The notes under the pieces were generated by a model, which searched no databases, was not told where the DNA came from, and saw only the letters and a list, made by a program, of their open reading frames with translations. Below are positions 25,260-37,749 of a stretch of 64,000 nt of DNA, piece after piece (position 1 is the stretch's first letter; every line of letters begins with the position of its first letter). Source of the DNA: Podarcis erhardii (taxonomy: Eukaryota); assembly GCA_964252035.1 (NCBI GenBank), contig OZ176203.1. One strand, 5' to 3'. The position numbers and the translations under genes were made by a program.

Positions 25260-26174
25260 TATATATGAATGATACTTGTTTTATTTAAACAGACATGGCG
25301 ACCTAATGGTTAAACGAGCTCATGCCAGATGACTGGAAAAATAACTCTCATAGAGAGATTAACATCTTGGTTTCCCTGTGTTTACCCATCCGGTAATAAA
25401 GAATTCTGGCCTTAGTTTTATGCGTAGAACAAAAACTTATTCTGCCAAGAAAAACATTCGTTTGGTAAGAGGCTCTCTTATTTTAAACAGACCTGCTCAG
25501 ATATGAAATGTAATCTGAGAAAATATCACAATATACACACAGCAACTCCTCTTGTTATGGTCTTGTACTATGCAAGGATGTGCATGCTATATTTTAACCC
25601 CAGAAGGAGGTATTTCCTTTTCAGCGGAAGAAGCTAGTCTGCTAATCTGATGCGTTACCAAGTTTGGAGCTGCAATTAAAACAGGAGCAGAAGCAATCAT
25701 AGCTTTTTAATGGCAGGCTGCAGCAGCTGGTACATTTCGGCTTCGCTGTCGCTGACACATCAGAGCAAGCATGTCGGCAGCCAATACATGATTAAAGTTG
25801 TTTAGAAAAGAAGATAGAAGCAGTTCAGAAGGCTGGTACTGCTGGGCAAAGGCATGGCAGCTTTGCAAACTTCAGCCCGCTTAACTGTCCAAGCTTCCCC
25901 TAGGAAAACCTGGGAATTATAGTGCTGTGATATGGTCCATGCTCACAATGCAGAGGGTACATAAAGTGCTTAAGGAGTTCTTGTTGTCATCACTGATGCA
26001 GGCAGCTTTTGCCAAAGTGTTACATGTTTATATCTCATTATAGAACTGGAATGGACAATTTCAGTTTCTCTAGCTTTCTTACTTCTCCAGTCTTGAGTTC
26101 TCCACATTTCTGCAGCAATATGCCTTTTTCTATCATTTTTTTTTTTTAAATCCTCACAAAAATCCATCAGCATT

Positions 26175-26459
26175 TGGGTGCAGTTTTATTTATAAACATG
26201 TCTAATATAAATATTTTTGCAAATAGCTTTTACAGATATAATGCATTTGTATATGCTACTTTCACTAATTTATGCATTTTTATGTGCACTATTATGTGCA
26301 TGTTTGTACATTTTGGTTGGAGAACGATGTCATGAAATTTGGAGAAATGCGAATTTTGAAGGGCAGCTGTGTTTTGGTTCACATATTGGTTTGAGAAGTG
26401 AAAATTAGCTACTATCTCATTCAAATGCAAATAAAATTATATTTCTCTCTCATCCCTAC
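26175..26459 (+). repeat. Unclassified AT-rich interspersed repeat; relatives at ~43455-43706 (+), ~50720-50905 (+), ~28740-29160 (-), ~56825-57050 (-)
   Basis: Shared core aattttgaagg(g/a)(c/t)agctgtg...cacatatt and terminus catccctac across copies. Confidence 0.7.
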
Positions 26460-28492
26460 TTAAGAGGTACAACATGCGTGTGTTTGATCTGGAGAAGAAG
26501 TCTTCAGTTTTCCCCTTTGGGACACTGACTTTTTCTCACCACCTGTTTTCTCCCTTGTTGCTTTTTCCCCAGAAAGAAAGAAACTAATAATGAAGTTGCA
26601 GCTGTTGTTAATATTGCCTACTAATTCCTTTTAGCAGAAGCTAAACTTGACTTCTCTAGAATTCTAAAACCTGGCTACTTCATGATTCCACCTCAAAGTT
26701 CCCCTAACCCTTCTTCCTCCACAACTTCTTTTGTTTGCATCAATATTTCCAGGGCTTACACAGTTGAGTCACTTACATTTTGTATTTATTAAATAACAAA
26801 GCCTGTAATTCTGAGAGGCCCCAAAGTACAAGCAGGGTGCCTCCTGAAAATTACTGACAGGATGCAGGATGGGGGGGGGGGAGAGAAGCGAGAGAGCTGT
26901 AATAAGCAGATCCATGAGGCATCTTGAGGCAGCCACGTCTAAGGGGCCCCTCTGTGGGAACACCCACCCACACCACTGCTGCCAATGAAGCGAGGAGGAG
27001 CGGTGGTGGCGGCTTCTGGGTTCCAGCGAGATATTGTGAGAGGCCTCCACAAGCTCTCGCTGGGGTCTCATGAGATCTTGCTGGAATCTGTAAGCAGAAG
27101 GCACACAATCCCGGTAGGAGAGGTTTCAGGTGAAAAAAGGGGATGAGCTGCCCCTAGTAATGAGAAAAGCACAGTGTCAGGATCATTGAGCATCTGTTGA
27201 GGCCTTCACTCTAGCAAGCCCTGGAGTTCTCTGCTACTCTCTCCTCCTCCTCCTTGTTGTCACTGCCTTTTAACCTGCCTTCTCTGAGAAAGGCAGCAGC
27301 CTCCCCTTGCCTTGCCTTCTCTGTCTAGGTGCAGGTGGACTCAAAGGGAGAGGGGATGTGGATGGGCAAGGGCAACATCAGAAGGTATAAGCATCTTGTA
27401 CATGGACCCCACAGAATCTGGACCCCACACTGGACAATACATGGAGAAAAGAGGTCACTAAGTGACTGAGAAGTGAATGTGGGATATAAGAGAGGCTGCA
27501 CCACAGGAAAAAGCAAGGGGGCTGCTAGACTGATCCAGAAGATGAGTCTTTTGCTAGCCTAAAACTGAGGGCCATCCTTTCCCTTTTCATTCAAAACACC
27601 GAATCAATAGCCACAGGTTTGGCATTTCACCCAGAACTTAAATCTAGCTGGTTATTCTAAGTAGCTAGAAGAAGATCCTTGCTTTGCAAAGATACACATG
27701 ATTGCAGCTGATGTTCCTTCACCCCTAATTATTACCTGTCAAGTAGAGCGTAATTTCAGCTCAGATTCTACTGGTTCAACTTGTACTCCACCAACTTTCT
27801 TGAAGCTTTGAGAGGATGAATAAGCCAAAGTGCACACATTTGTCATACAGTGTTTTCGTTTCCTCAATTGAAGCAATAAAACCTGTTTCCATTTTCACAA
27901 TCCAGATTTCAAGCCTGGTTCTGAGGTGTTTAAATGGGCACATCTTGGGGATCCGGTCTGACAATGGATAGCACACAACAACGCCTCCCCAAATTGGCCA
28001 CTTCTGAGTATTTCTATAATCCACTGGGCCTTTCGCTTAAGAAAAGAAAAAATGATGCTGCGTCTGACAGCAGGTATAATTTTGCTTTCAGGAAAAGGTG
28101 TTAGCCTATGTCCCTCTAAACGCATTCACTTTACACCCACTTTCACACTCCATCTTTTCTTCCCATTTCACAAATGGGAAGTGTAAAACACTGGCCATAT
28201 TCTACTCTCACCTCCCCACCTTCACAGTTAAAAGCACATTCTTAAAACATCACAGCTTCTAAAGTTTGCACTGTATCCCAGCCACTGCCATTTGCAGCCT
28301 AAGCAGATGGCTTTTGCATTAGCAGCTGGGCCTGAGACATCGCAACAAACCTTGTCAGTATACTCCAGATTGCTGAGGGCCTTTCATTTATTCCGTTGCA
28401 TGAAAGGAAAAGGATGTGCTCTGTGTGTGTGGCATTCGTCCTGAAGGAAGACCTCCGTAGAATTTAGTGATTAAAATTACAAGTAGCTTTGA

Positions 28493-28506
28493 GTTTCCTA
28501 GGCAAC
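28493..28506. promoter_or_regulatory. RFX X-box-like motif
   Basis: GTTTCCTAGGCAAC, 13/14 to GTNRCCNNRGYAAC. Confidence 0.4.
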
Positions 28507-29629
28507 GTGGCTCCAGCTGTTTGAAGTGACGGCATAAGCCAATGTTGACTTACTGCAGAAGGGTCTTGATCCTTGAGCCGCTAAGCAAATACTCATCTCA
28601 AGAGTTGGACTGAAAGACTTCCGATACACATTGCTGAGGATTCATTTTTCTATTTTGAATTCTCTTATTCCGATGCTCTCTCTGTTTTCTTTAATGTATC
28701 TGCGCTCTAATTGGGGAAGGAAGAGAAATATGATTCAGTATGATTCAGATTTAATGATTCAGATTTAAAGGTGAACCTAATTCACTATTTTTGAAACAAT
28801 ATTCAAAGCAAAACACAGCCATCCTTTGGATTCTACACTTCTCCAAATTTTGCATTGCAGTTCTCCAGCCAAAAATGCATATATGCATATACTAGGGTAA
28901 AGTTTTTTTTTTTTTAAAAAAAATGATTACTTTAAAGGGCATATGATTCATATATTAGTGTAAATAGCATACAAAATGCATTACATTGGGGGAAAGTGCT
29001 TTGCATACATGAGCATATTAATGCAAAATTGTGTACAAAAACATATATATTAGAAGAAATTCACACTGAAATCCTGAGATTCTCATGAGGACTTAAAAAA
29101 GAAACTGTTGTGGAAAAATGAGAAACTTTGAGAAACTGAAATTGACAGTTGTCTCCATGCCTAGCCCTAACCAACAGAAGATGACAAAGTTGCCAACTGC
29201 CCAGTAGGTTCTAATCTGACCAACAGGCCTAGTATGCCTTCAAGGGGAACATGACAGGCAGAAATTTGAGCTGTCTATCTCCCTCTCCCTCAGGTTTGAG
29301 ATGTGGTGATTTGGAAAGCTGTGCCTTATAGAATTTCAGTCTCACAATTCAGCAAAAAGTCAGGAAACCCAGAGAACCAATGATATTACTCTTACTTTTC
29401 ATTCCAGTAGGCTAAATTTCAGCCACTTAAAAGTTAAAGAGGTTTCTACACACACAGCACATCTCTGTGTCATCTATCTGGACTTGCAAGAGGCATTATC
29501 AAAGTTCAGAGATACTGTACATTCCTGCCAGGCAAAAGCACCACGAGGACCTGGAGCAGGGCTGGTGAGGGGTGTGGCCTAAGGGAAGGGGTGTGGCCTG
29601 GGAAAAGTTCAAAGGGCTAGAGACCTGTA

Positions 29630-29881
29630 CAGTGGTACCTCTGGTTGTGAACGGAATCCGTTCCGGGGCCCCGTTCACAACTTGAGAGGAACGCAACCCG
29701 TGTCTGAGCGTGCGCGGGTCGTGATTTGCTGCTTCTGCGCATGCGCGTGCCGTCATTTTTAACGTCTGTGCATGCGTGAGCAGTGAAACCCAGAAGTAAC
29801 CCGTTCCGTTACTTCCGTGTCGCTGTGGGACGCAACCTGAAAAGATTTAACCTGAAGCGTCTTTAACCTGAGGTATGACTG
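29630..29881. mobile_element. Tigger/pogo-like MITE nested in a hAT MITE relic
   Basis: TA|CAGTGGTACCTC...GAGGTATGACTG|TA; CpG-rich interior. Confidence 0.85.
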
Positions 29882-30019
29882 TACTGTCACATTTGGCCCC
29901 TTGACCTGAGACTCCTCATTGTTATATTAGGGAATAAGTCCTACTGAACTCAGTCAAACTTATCTTTGAGTAGAAGTGCATAGGTTTGTGCAGCATGCAC
30001 TGTAATGTAAGCATACATC

Positions 30020-30219
30020 CACTGGCGGAGGAATGGGGGGGGGAGCATCCACGGCGGCACGATCCTGGTGGGGTGCCATCGTGGCTGCCCCCCCGTGCTG
30101 CACACCATGCGCCCAGGACATGCGCCACACCCCTGCGGGCAGCGTGCCACAGTGCCAGGATGCATGCCATGCACTCCACCCCTGCCCCCCCCCCGCCAGA
30201 GCTTGAAGCTCCGCCACTG
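30020..30219. mobile_element. GC-rich hAT-type MITE
   Basis: TIRs CACTGGCGGAG / CTCCGCCACTG; TSD CATACATC / TATACATC. Confidence 0.85.
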
Positions 30220-30705
30220 TATACATCTCTTGATTTTTGTGGTATTTTAGGGTTTTGCTTTTTTTTCACATTAAAACATGGGTTCCTGCATGCTCAGCGT
30301 GGGTTGACCATGTTTTTCCTGTGATGCTTAAAGGGCATTTTCATGTCTGAAAATACCTGGTAGAAACATCTCCCAAGGCTTTGATCCCTTATGAATGGTT
30401 GTGCAAATTCCCTTCAAATACGACATTACAGGAGAAGACGCGGTTGATTTAGAGTTTCAGTGTAATGTGTGGAAATGGCCAGCTTTCTCTAGATTGTGTT
30501 CCATGGTTTCAAATTCAGTATAATAGTATTTTGCACGGCTGCAGCATTTCTGATTTTGCTTTGTGGATCCAAAGGTGAAAATCGTTTGGTCGGTTGAAAA
30601 TCGATCTCACATGATAGTAGACATCAAAGGAACTAGTTTATTCATATTTGCTTGAAAAAATATATACAAAAGGTAAAGAGGGCTGGATTTTGTTTTTTTA
30701 CACAG

Positions 30706-30787
30706 GACCAACTGCCCCTGTAAATACAGCTTCCTGGATGAGAGCAAGAGGCTGGTGCCCCGAAGGGATGTTCCATCCTATCCCAAG
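30706..30787 (+). CDS. PDE9A: PDE9A exon 9 equivalent, 82 bp
   Basis: acacag|G...CAAG|gtacac; [27 protein letters not shown]. Confidence 0.97.
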
Positions 30788-31983
30788 GTACACTGCAACA
30801 CATAAGAGTTCAAAAATTCTGTTTTACAGAGCAGATAATCACGTTAGTTAAAAATATCCTTTCCATCCCTTGTTTATTATGAGAACATTTTCTACTCAAA
30901 TGCTACCTAGATTTTCTCCATAAAATCTCTTATTAAAGTTTCCATTTACTTTGCTACGGGTGATGGTTAGATTCCATTGCTCCCATGCTGATATAAAATA
31001 TTTAAATCAACAAATTATTATTCTTTTATTATTATTATTACTACTATTTATTAAATTTGTAAGCTGCCTTTCATTCAAAGATTTTAGGGCCGTTCGCAGT
31101 ATCAAATGCAGAATAAAACATAACAAAAACAAAACTTTCCCATCACCCCCTCCCACAAACACTTTTAAAGGGACAAATCAATTACAAGTCACATATCTAT
31201 GAAAGAAGGTTCCCTGATTTATTTATTTATTTTAAAAAATATGTTGAGTTCCTATTCCAAGTAGTATGTTTGGGCTGATAGATGCTCATTGGGGTACGTT
31301 TCACCATACTTTGAAGTGGTAAGGAGACACACACTTGCTGTTTTATTTTAAGAACTGAGGCTCTTGAAAGACGCATTTAGCATCACATCTCGCTTGGCCC
31401 TAATTCTATATTTTTCAAGCTCCTTGTAATTACTTCATGGTGAGGGGGAGGACCAAGGGTGCAGTGTCGGTTGTCAGTTCCTAGGGTGGGTGCAGGTGCG
31501 TATGGTTTCTGTGCTGGGGGGGCAGCCCAAGCCTCGCTGCCACCAGAGCAACTCCACCCCCACTGGAGCAAAGTGGGGTCATACTGAGCTGCCTGTGCAG
31601 AAGGAGAGCCTGTCCAGACGATACAGCCCTTGGTGGACGGAGATGAGCCCTGGACCAGGCTGTGCTAGGACATCTGGTTCATGCCCCCACAAAAATTGTG
31701 CACCTGCAACCATAGCCCCTCTGTGCCCCCCACACTAAGCCCCTGGGACAGACAGTGGAAAACCTTGAAGACACTGTTATAATTCATATATTTGGGGGTT
31801 GCTGCCTGAACTACACCCTCTGTTAGCTCTGGTTCAAATGAAATCCTATACAGAGGGTAAGTTGGTTACTTACTTATTGAATTTATTGAGCTGAGTCATG
31901 AAGATGGGTGACCTACAAGAGAAAATATGAAGCGGGTGTTGTTGAGAATCGTATTTCATAACAATGCCTCATTTTCTCTGCAG

Positions 31984-32058
31984 TACATGCTTTCTCAGGA
32001 GACAATAGAAGCTCTTCGGAAACCAACCTTTGACGTCTGGCTATGGGAGCCCAATGAG
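31984..32058 (+). CDS. PDE9A: PDE9A exon 10 equivalent, 75 bp
   Basis: ctgcag|TAC...GAG|gtaatg; [25 protein letters not shown]. Confidence 0.98.
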
Positions 32059-33984
32059 GTAATGCTGCCCCATGGAGACAGATTCCTGGTCCCTCCTGTA
32101 AATGTTTGTTCTGTGGGACTCTTATGAGCATTTGAGAATTGGAACCTAGACATGGTTGTGTTACAGAAACCAGAATGAAAATGTACAGATAAATACAAAG
32201 TGCTCTTCAAATAAATGAAAACTCTAAGAAGGCTTATTCTATAAATAAATGCAACCTAAAAAATGCTAAGTACTGGAACTAATCAGAGCAGTGGAGCATG
32301 TTAAAAGTACCATAATGTGAGTAGACACCTACTGTATCTCAAAACCAGGTCCATTCACATAATAAATAATAGGTAAAGCAGGAATTTCTTCAGACAGCTG
32401 ATAAGCAAAAAGCACAATTTACTAATCGGATCAAGGTTTTTTTTTTACCTTAATGTGGTTCAACTAAGAATTCTATAACAGAGGTCTTTCCCATTATCGT
32501 TTGTACTTTGAAGTATACTTGGTTTTGAGAATGTCTTTTCACCCAAAAGCCTTTCTGTAGCTAATTATGGACTACAAAAAAGTGACTCACTTTGCAAATG
32601 AAAGGGGAAATCTGATTTGTACTAATTTGAATAAAAAGTTGGGTTCAGGCAATCAATGAAAATGAAAAGTCTGTATAATATTTTCACTGTATTTTATTTT
32701 TAAGGCTTGCTAGATTAGTGCCGTTTGCCTTATTTGTTGTTGGGTTTCTAACCAGAATGAGTCTGTAATGAATTTACGAAAGGAGCTATTCTGGCTAATC
32801 ATCAGAATGCAAACAACTCATGGAAAAGTGGAATGTGCAACATATTTTTATTTTTAAGATCTGCAAAACTGATGTAGCAGCTTCATCATATTTGTTCATG
32901 TCTTTATAATTGCCATGAGTTTGCACGAGGATCAGTTTGCTATGACAATTCTCCTGTGACAATTTTAGTTAAACAAAGCTCTCTCACTTTTTTATGACAT
33001 CTTTTCCAAAATAGTTGGGGGAGGGGACTTTTAGATACAAACAGAAAACAGAAAAAACATTTTCCTAGCTTGTCTTATTGGTGGTACAGACAGCAAATCA
33101 CATCATTAGATACAAATTGCTAGTAACACAACATATGTCATCTTTATGCTCAGGAGCAATTGTATAAACCATTATGTGAACAGTGTCACAGCCTCATTTG
33201 GATAGGTTCACCTTTTTGTTTATTTGCAGTTTATATGAGGTGTTTCAATTCACGTTACCACTTTCCTAGGTTTGTGTGGTGCATTTTTAATAGTGTTATA
33301 AATCACAGCCCTGTTACATCATTACAATGCAAAGCAAGAACACAACAGCCTTCCGTAAAGTGTCTTTAGAATTAGCCCTTTGCATTCTACCTCCCTCTGG
33401 CTCTCCTAATGTGGCATGTTAAAGGACAAAAATATAGGAGTGTTGCCTGTGATGGACTGCAGGGAAGGAGATGTACTTTCAGCTCAAATGCTGGCTCACC
33501 AGAATTCAGCACTGAAAAAAAAGAAAGACATGGCCTATGTTTGTTGTCTTAATATAGTTTTTTCCTTGTGTATGTGCTGGTCAGTGCAGCTACACAGCTA
33601 TGTTTGCTGCATGGAGAATGCAAGATTAAAGAAGCTACAGGAAGACATCCAAGTTTTAGGCAAGCTTGGCTTAGAACGCTTGTTGCCAACTGCTATTATC
33701 TCTGCTGCTGTGCTTCTTTGCACTTAGAGCCCTCCAGACATTGCTGAACTGCAACTCTCCTCAGCCCTAGCAAGCATGGGCAATGCCTCGGGATGGTGGG
33801 AATTGTAGTTCAGCAATATCTGGAGGCCCAAAGGTTCCCCTCACCTGACTTACTGAATGTGATTCAAAGTCTTCATGGAATTTGCCATGGACTAATGAGC
33901 AAAATGAATTATAGGTTTTTATTTCGTGCAGCAAGTGATTGGGTTGGACATTTTGGTCCTTCAGTCACAAATGAAGCTAAAGTA

Positions 33985-34120
33985 GGAACTGCTCAGTCTG
34001 CAGAACATGAGACTCTTAATCTCAAGGTTGTGGGTTTTGCCATGTTGGGCAAAAGATTTCTGCATTGCAGGGGGTGGGACAATTTGACTGTCATAGTCCC
34101 TTCCATATGTACAATTCTAT
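33985..34120 (+). mobile_element. tRNA-Lys-derived SINE with CR1-type tail, degenerate
   Basis: gctcagtctgcagaacatgagactcttaatctcaaggttgtgggtt head, then gtcccttcc...attctat tail. Confidence 0.75.
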
Positions 34121-34455
34121 TATTTTCTTCCATTTAAAATAAGAAATAGTCTTGCCTCAGTTTTTTATAGATATGGGTTTGTATCCTCTGTGGTGGTTAG
34201 ATTTCATTCCTAAGGGCTTTGAGTGAACAATGTATCATTATGTTTTTAGACCGCAGTTTTTGGCCTCAGAGATAATGACTTGTTCATCTAGATTACCCAA
34301 TGAATTCACAAATTAAGCATCCCATTTCTAAATTCAGCATTCTAGATGAATTCAGCAATGCTTTTAAGTCACAGACTTAAGTGTCTGATGTGTTAGTGAT
34401 GCACACTAGTGAAAATAATGTAATAATAGGAGAATTCTTTTTTTTTCTCCTCCAG

Positions 34456-34542
34456 ATGCTGAGTTGTTTAGAACATATGTATCATGATTTAGGATTAGTG
34501 AAAGACTTTAACATCAACCCTATCACATTGAAGCGATGGCTG
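34456..34542 (+). CDS. PDE9A: PDE9A exon 11 equivalent, 87 bp
   Basis: ctccag|ATG...CTG|gtaaga; [29 protein letters not shown]. Confidence 0.98.
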
Positions 34543-35074
34543 GTAAGATTTAACGAGCAACTTGTATGGGATTTTAAATATTTGTGATTTTTTTTTTTAA
34601 TGGGCATATAGTCTCATATATTCACAGATTTAAAAAAAAAAATGTGTAAGCAGAGTATAACGAACACTTGTCCAACACATAAAGTATATAGAATACATAT
34701 TATTCTTAGAACAAAAGGATTGCCATTCTGACACCATCCAATACTGACATCAGTCAATCTCTTCTTTAAACAAAAAACTTAAATAAGCAACCCAATCAAC
34801 AGTTGTATCCAAATTAAAATGCCTGGTGTCAAGTGGCAACATTTATTATTAGTATCAACAGTAATAACAACAAGAAGCTTATCATCAAAAGTATGACTTG
34901 TTTATCTGAAATGTCTCTTATGCCATCAATTTGCATCACTTTTGCTTTGAGCTGTATCCATTAATTAAACTTAGCTTGCATTCGCAACAACATCCAAATG
35001 AGCTGAAAAATCATTCAACAATTATACTACCTAATGAGCAACTTTATAAAGATAAAAAATAATACCTGCCTGCA

Positions 35075-35370
35075 CCCTGTCTCACCAAAGTGGTGCATGC
35101 TCTGGTTATCTCTCGCTTGGACTACTGCAATGCGCTCTATGTGGGGCTACCTTTGAAGGTGACTCAGAAACTACAACTAATCCAGAATGTGGCAGCTAGA
35201 CTGGTGACTGGGAGTGGCTGCTGAGACCATATAACACCGGTCCTGAAAGACCTACATTTGCTCCCAGTACGTTTCCGAGCACAATTCAAAGTGTTGGTGC
35301 TGACCTTTACAGCAGTAAACAGCCTCGGTCCAGTATACCTGAAGGAGCGTCTCCACCCCCATTGTTCTGT
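35075..35370 (+). mobile_element. L2 LINE ORF2 C-terminal fragment, well preserved
   Basis: [41 protein letters not shown]...HITPVLKDLHLLPVRFRAQFKVLVLTF, one internal stop, truncated at both ends. Confidence 0.9.
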
Positions 35371-35824
35371 AACCAATAAATTTGTGGCTTAAATTCACCC
35401 ATTAACCTAAAATACTGGTGCCGTCCATGTGTTTCATTATTCAGCAAATGGGGGAGGGCTTGGGGCCTTGACACACAATGTCATGTAAAGGAACAAAACG
35501 AGTGCACAACTTGGTCTTTTCATCAATATTTTAACTCTTTACCTACATGGTGGAGGTCACAGTGCCAATGGGAGGGGGAGTGTCCAAAACTGAGAAAAAC
35601 AAAAAAGTGGGCACAGCAGCAACAGGGGAGAGGGGAGAAAAAGAAATAAGAGGAAGAGTCAACCTTCTCCTTATTTCTGCAGGGCCCAGTTACCTTATCA
35701 GCATGGCATGGGCTTGTAAAGCACAGATTCCAAGGGGCTATAATTATAGCATCAAAGTGTTGGTTGGGAGGATTAAATGCCAAATGCTTGTTTTCCTCAT
35801 AAATTTCTCCCTTTTTGTTTTTAG

Positions 35825-35929
35825 CTGTGTATTCATGACAATTACAGAAACAATCCATTCCATAATTTTCGACATTGCTTCTGCGTTACCCAGATGATGT
35901 ACAGTATGATCTCTCTCTGCAGTCTCCAG
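35825..35929 (+). CDS. PDE9A: PDE9A exon 12 equivalent, 105 bp (catalytic HNFRH motif)
   Basis: ttttag|CTG...CAG|gtgtgt; [35 protein letters not shown]. Confidence 0.98.
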
Positions 35930-36140
35930 GTGTGTCTTTCTCTGGCTGCATTGGCTTTCTCTCTCTCTAGTCCCCCCCCCCCATATAAATTGTGAAATCA
36001 ATAGTCTTCTGCCTGTAATAATGTATTTTATCCAGAAGTGGTAGTTGTTGATTATTGAAAGGCATGTAGTTGTGCCAGGGAAACCACCATTTTTAATCTG
36101 TTTGCATTTGAGAGGAGAACCAAAGGGTGAATGAAATGAG

Positions 36141-36282
36141 TTGGGATAGCTCGGTAGGTAGAGCATGGGACTCTTAATTTCAGGGTCATGGGTTCGAGCC
36201 TCATTCTGGGCAAAAGATTCCTGCATTGCAGGGGGTTGGACCAGATGGCCTTCATGGTCCCTTCCACCCTACAATTCTATGA
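36141..36282 (+). mobile_element. tRNA-Lys(CTT)-derived SINE with CR1-type 3' tail
   Basis: TAGCTCGGTAGGTAGAGCATGGGACTCTTAATTTCAGGGTCATGGGTTCGAGCC head, then gggttggaccagatggccttcatggtcccttccaccctacaattctatga. Confidence 0.85.
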
Positions 36283-36331
36283 ACTGACACATAGATAGAA
36301 ATCTTGGCAAGTGCAGGAGTTACTGAATACT

Positions 36332-36523
36332 CAGTGGTTCCCAACCTTCTTTTTTTGGCCATGCGCCACCTAAGCATCTCTAAAATCCTGATGCCCAGCC
36401 CCTGTAAACTCCTATTCAGGTGGGGGAAGCCTAAAAAGGCCATTCACTGTCATTCTCAAATTGCCCCCCTTAAAAATCAAATTGCCCCCCTGTGGCGTAT
36501 GTGCCCCACCTTGGGAACCACGG
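36332..36523. mobile_element. hAT-type MITE
   Basis: TIRs CAGTGGTTCCCAA / TTGGGAACCACGG; TSD not clean. Confidence 0.7.
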
Positions 36524-36564
36524 ATTTAACTAAATGATATCGCAAATACATGATTGCATTGTAT

Positions 36565-36567
<3 letters not shown>

Positions 36568-36595
<28 letters not shown>
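36568..36595. repeat. (GA)n microsatellite (another at ~21032-21053)
   Basis: Direct reading. Confidence 0.92.
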
Positions 36596-36600
<5 letters not shown>

Positions 36601-37666
36601 AAAAAGGCAGCAGTGGTGGACCCTGATCCAGATCAGAACCATGGCATGGGAGAGGGGGATTGACTCCTGCCCTGTGCCATTTTCCCCAACGAACACCGCC
36701 CCCTAGCCACTGCTTGTGCCCATAGCTGTTAATTCCCAAGGCAAATAGCATAATCGATCTCACTGCAATGTCCAACTCGGAATCAGGGCTCCCTGCAGCT
36801 GCTTTTTTTAATGACAATACTATATGGCATATTTAACTTATCTATCTTGGCTTCCTCTTCCATCCAGCTTCAGTGTGGACAAAGTGCCTTAACTTCTTCT
36901 TGCACCTAAGTCGGAGGAAGGGATACCAAGGCGGTACTTCTGCCCTTGCTGAAGTTGGTAGGAAGGTAAAGGCAAGGAACTTTGGCCTTCATGTTGTCCT
37001 CCTCTGTACAGCAAAACTGGCAATGGTGTCTAGCTAGTGATGATCCAAACCTGAGCAGCTTGACTCTGGGTGGTTTTTCCCCTCCCTGCCTAGTTAGACA
37101 CAATATTAGGAAACTGACCCTTGCTAATAAAAGCAATATTTGGGTTCTTACCTCTGCTGGGTGGAGGTCAAATTTTCATAAACAGATTAAGTGACCTATA
37201 ATCAAGATAACCAACAGCAGTCTGTGGCTAAAATCAACTGGCATTATTTATACAAGTAGGCCCTGGTTGTTATCCCAAGCAAAGAATATACCCTAAGCCT
37301 TTATTCTTCACACTTCTCTTCCAAGCTCAAGTAGTGCATGAAATGCCCAAATAAATAGCTTTTTATAATTAACACAAATCTTGGCATAATTTCTTACAAG
37401 ATGAGAAACCCTTGACTTTAAATTAAATTTATCCACTATTGTGCAAACTCCAATTTCTCTATTCCATCCTGTTGTTAGTTATGCAACAGAGGCAGGATTG
37501 AAGACTTCACTGTTGTCGTCATTATAGATTTAGTCTAAGTTGCAATGCATGCAGTTATTAAACTGTGTGCTGAACCCTAGTTAGAACCGCAATGTTAGAT
37601 ATGATTTCTTTATTATAAAAGCTGTTTGAATTTATGAAGCTGCATTTTCTTCTTCTTCCTGCTTAG

Positions 37667-37749
37667 GTAAAGCTTTCTCAAATGGATATCTTAATACTAA
37701 TGACTGCATCAGTGTGTCATGATCTGGATCACCCAGGATATAACAACAC
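37667..37749 (+). CDS. PDE9A: PDE9A exon 13 equivalent, 83 bp (metal-binding HD motif)
   Basis: gcttag|GTA...AC|gtatgt; [27 protein letters not shown](T), class I PDE signature HDxxHxGxxN. Confidence 0.98.

Noticed and set aside
36141-36215. tRNA-Lys(CTT)-like sequence (also ~33985-34050)
   Set aside because: The acceptor stem is disrupted and it continues directly into a CR1-type tail, so it is a SINE head, not a tRNA gene.
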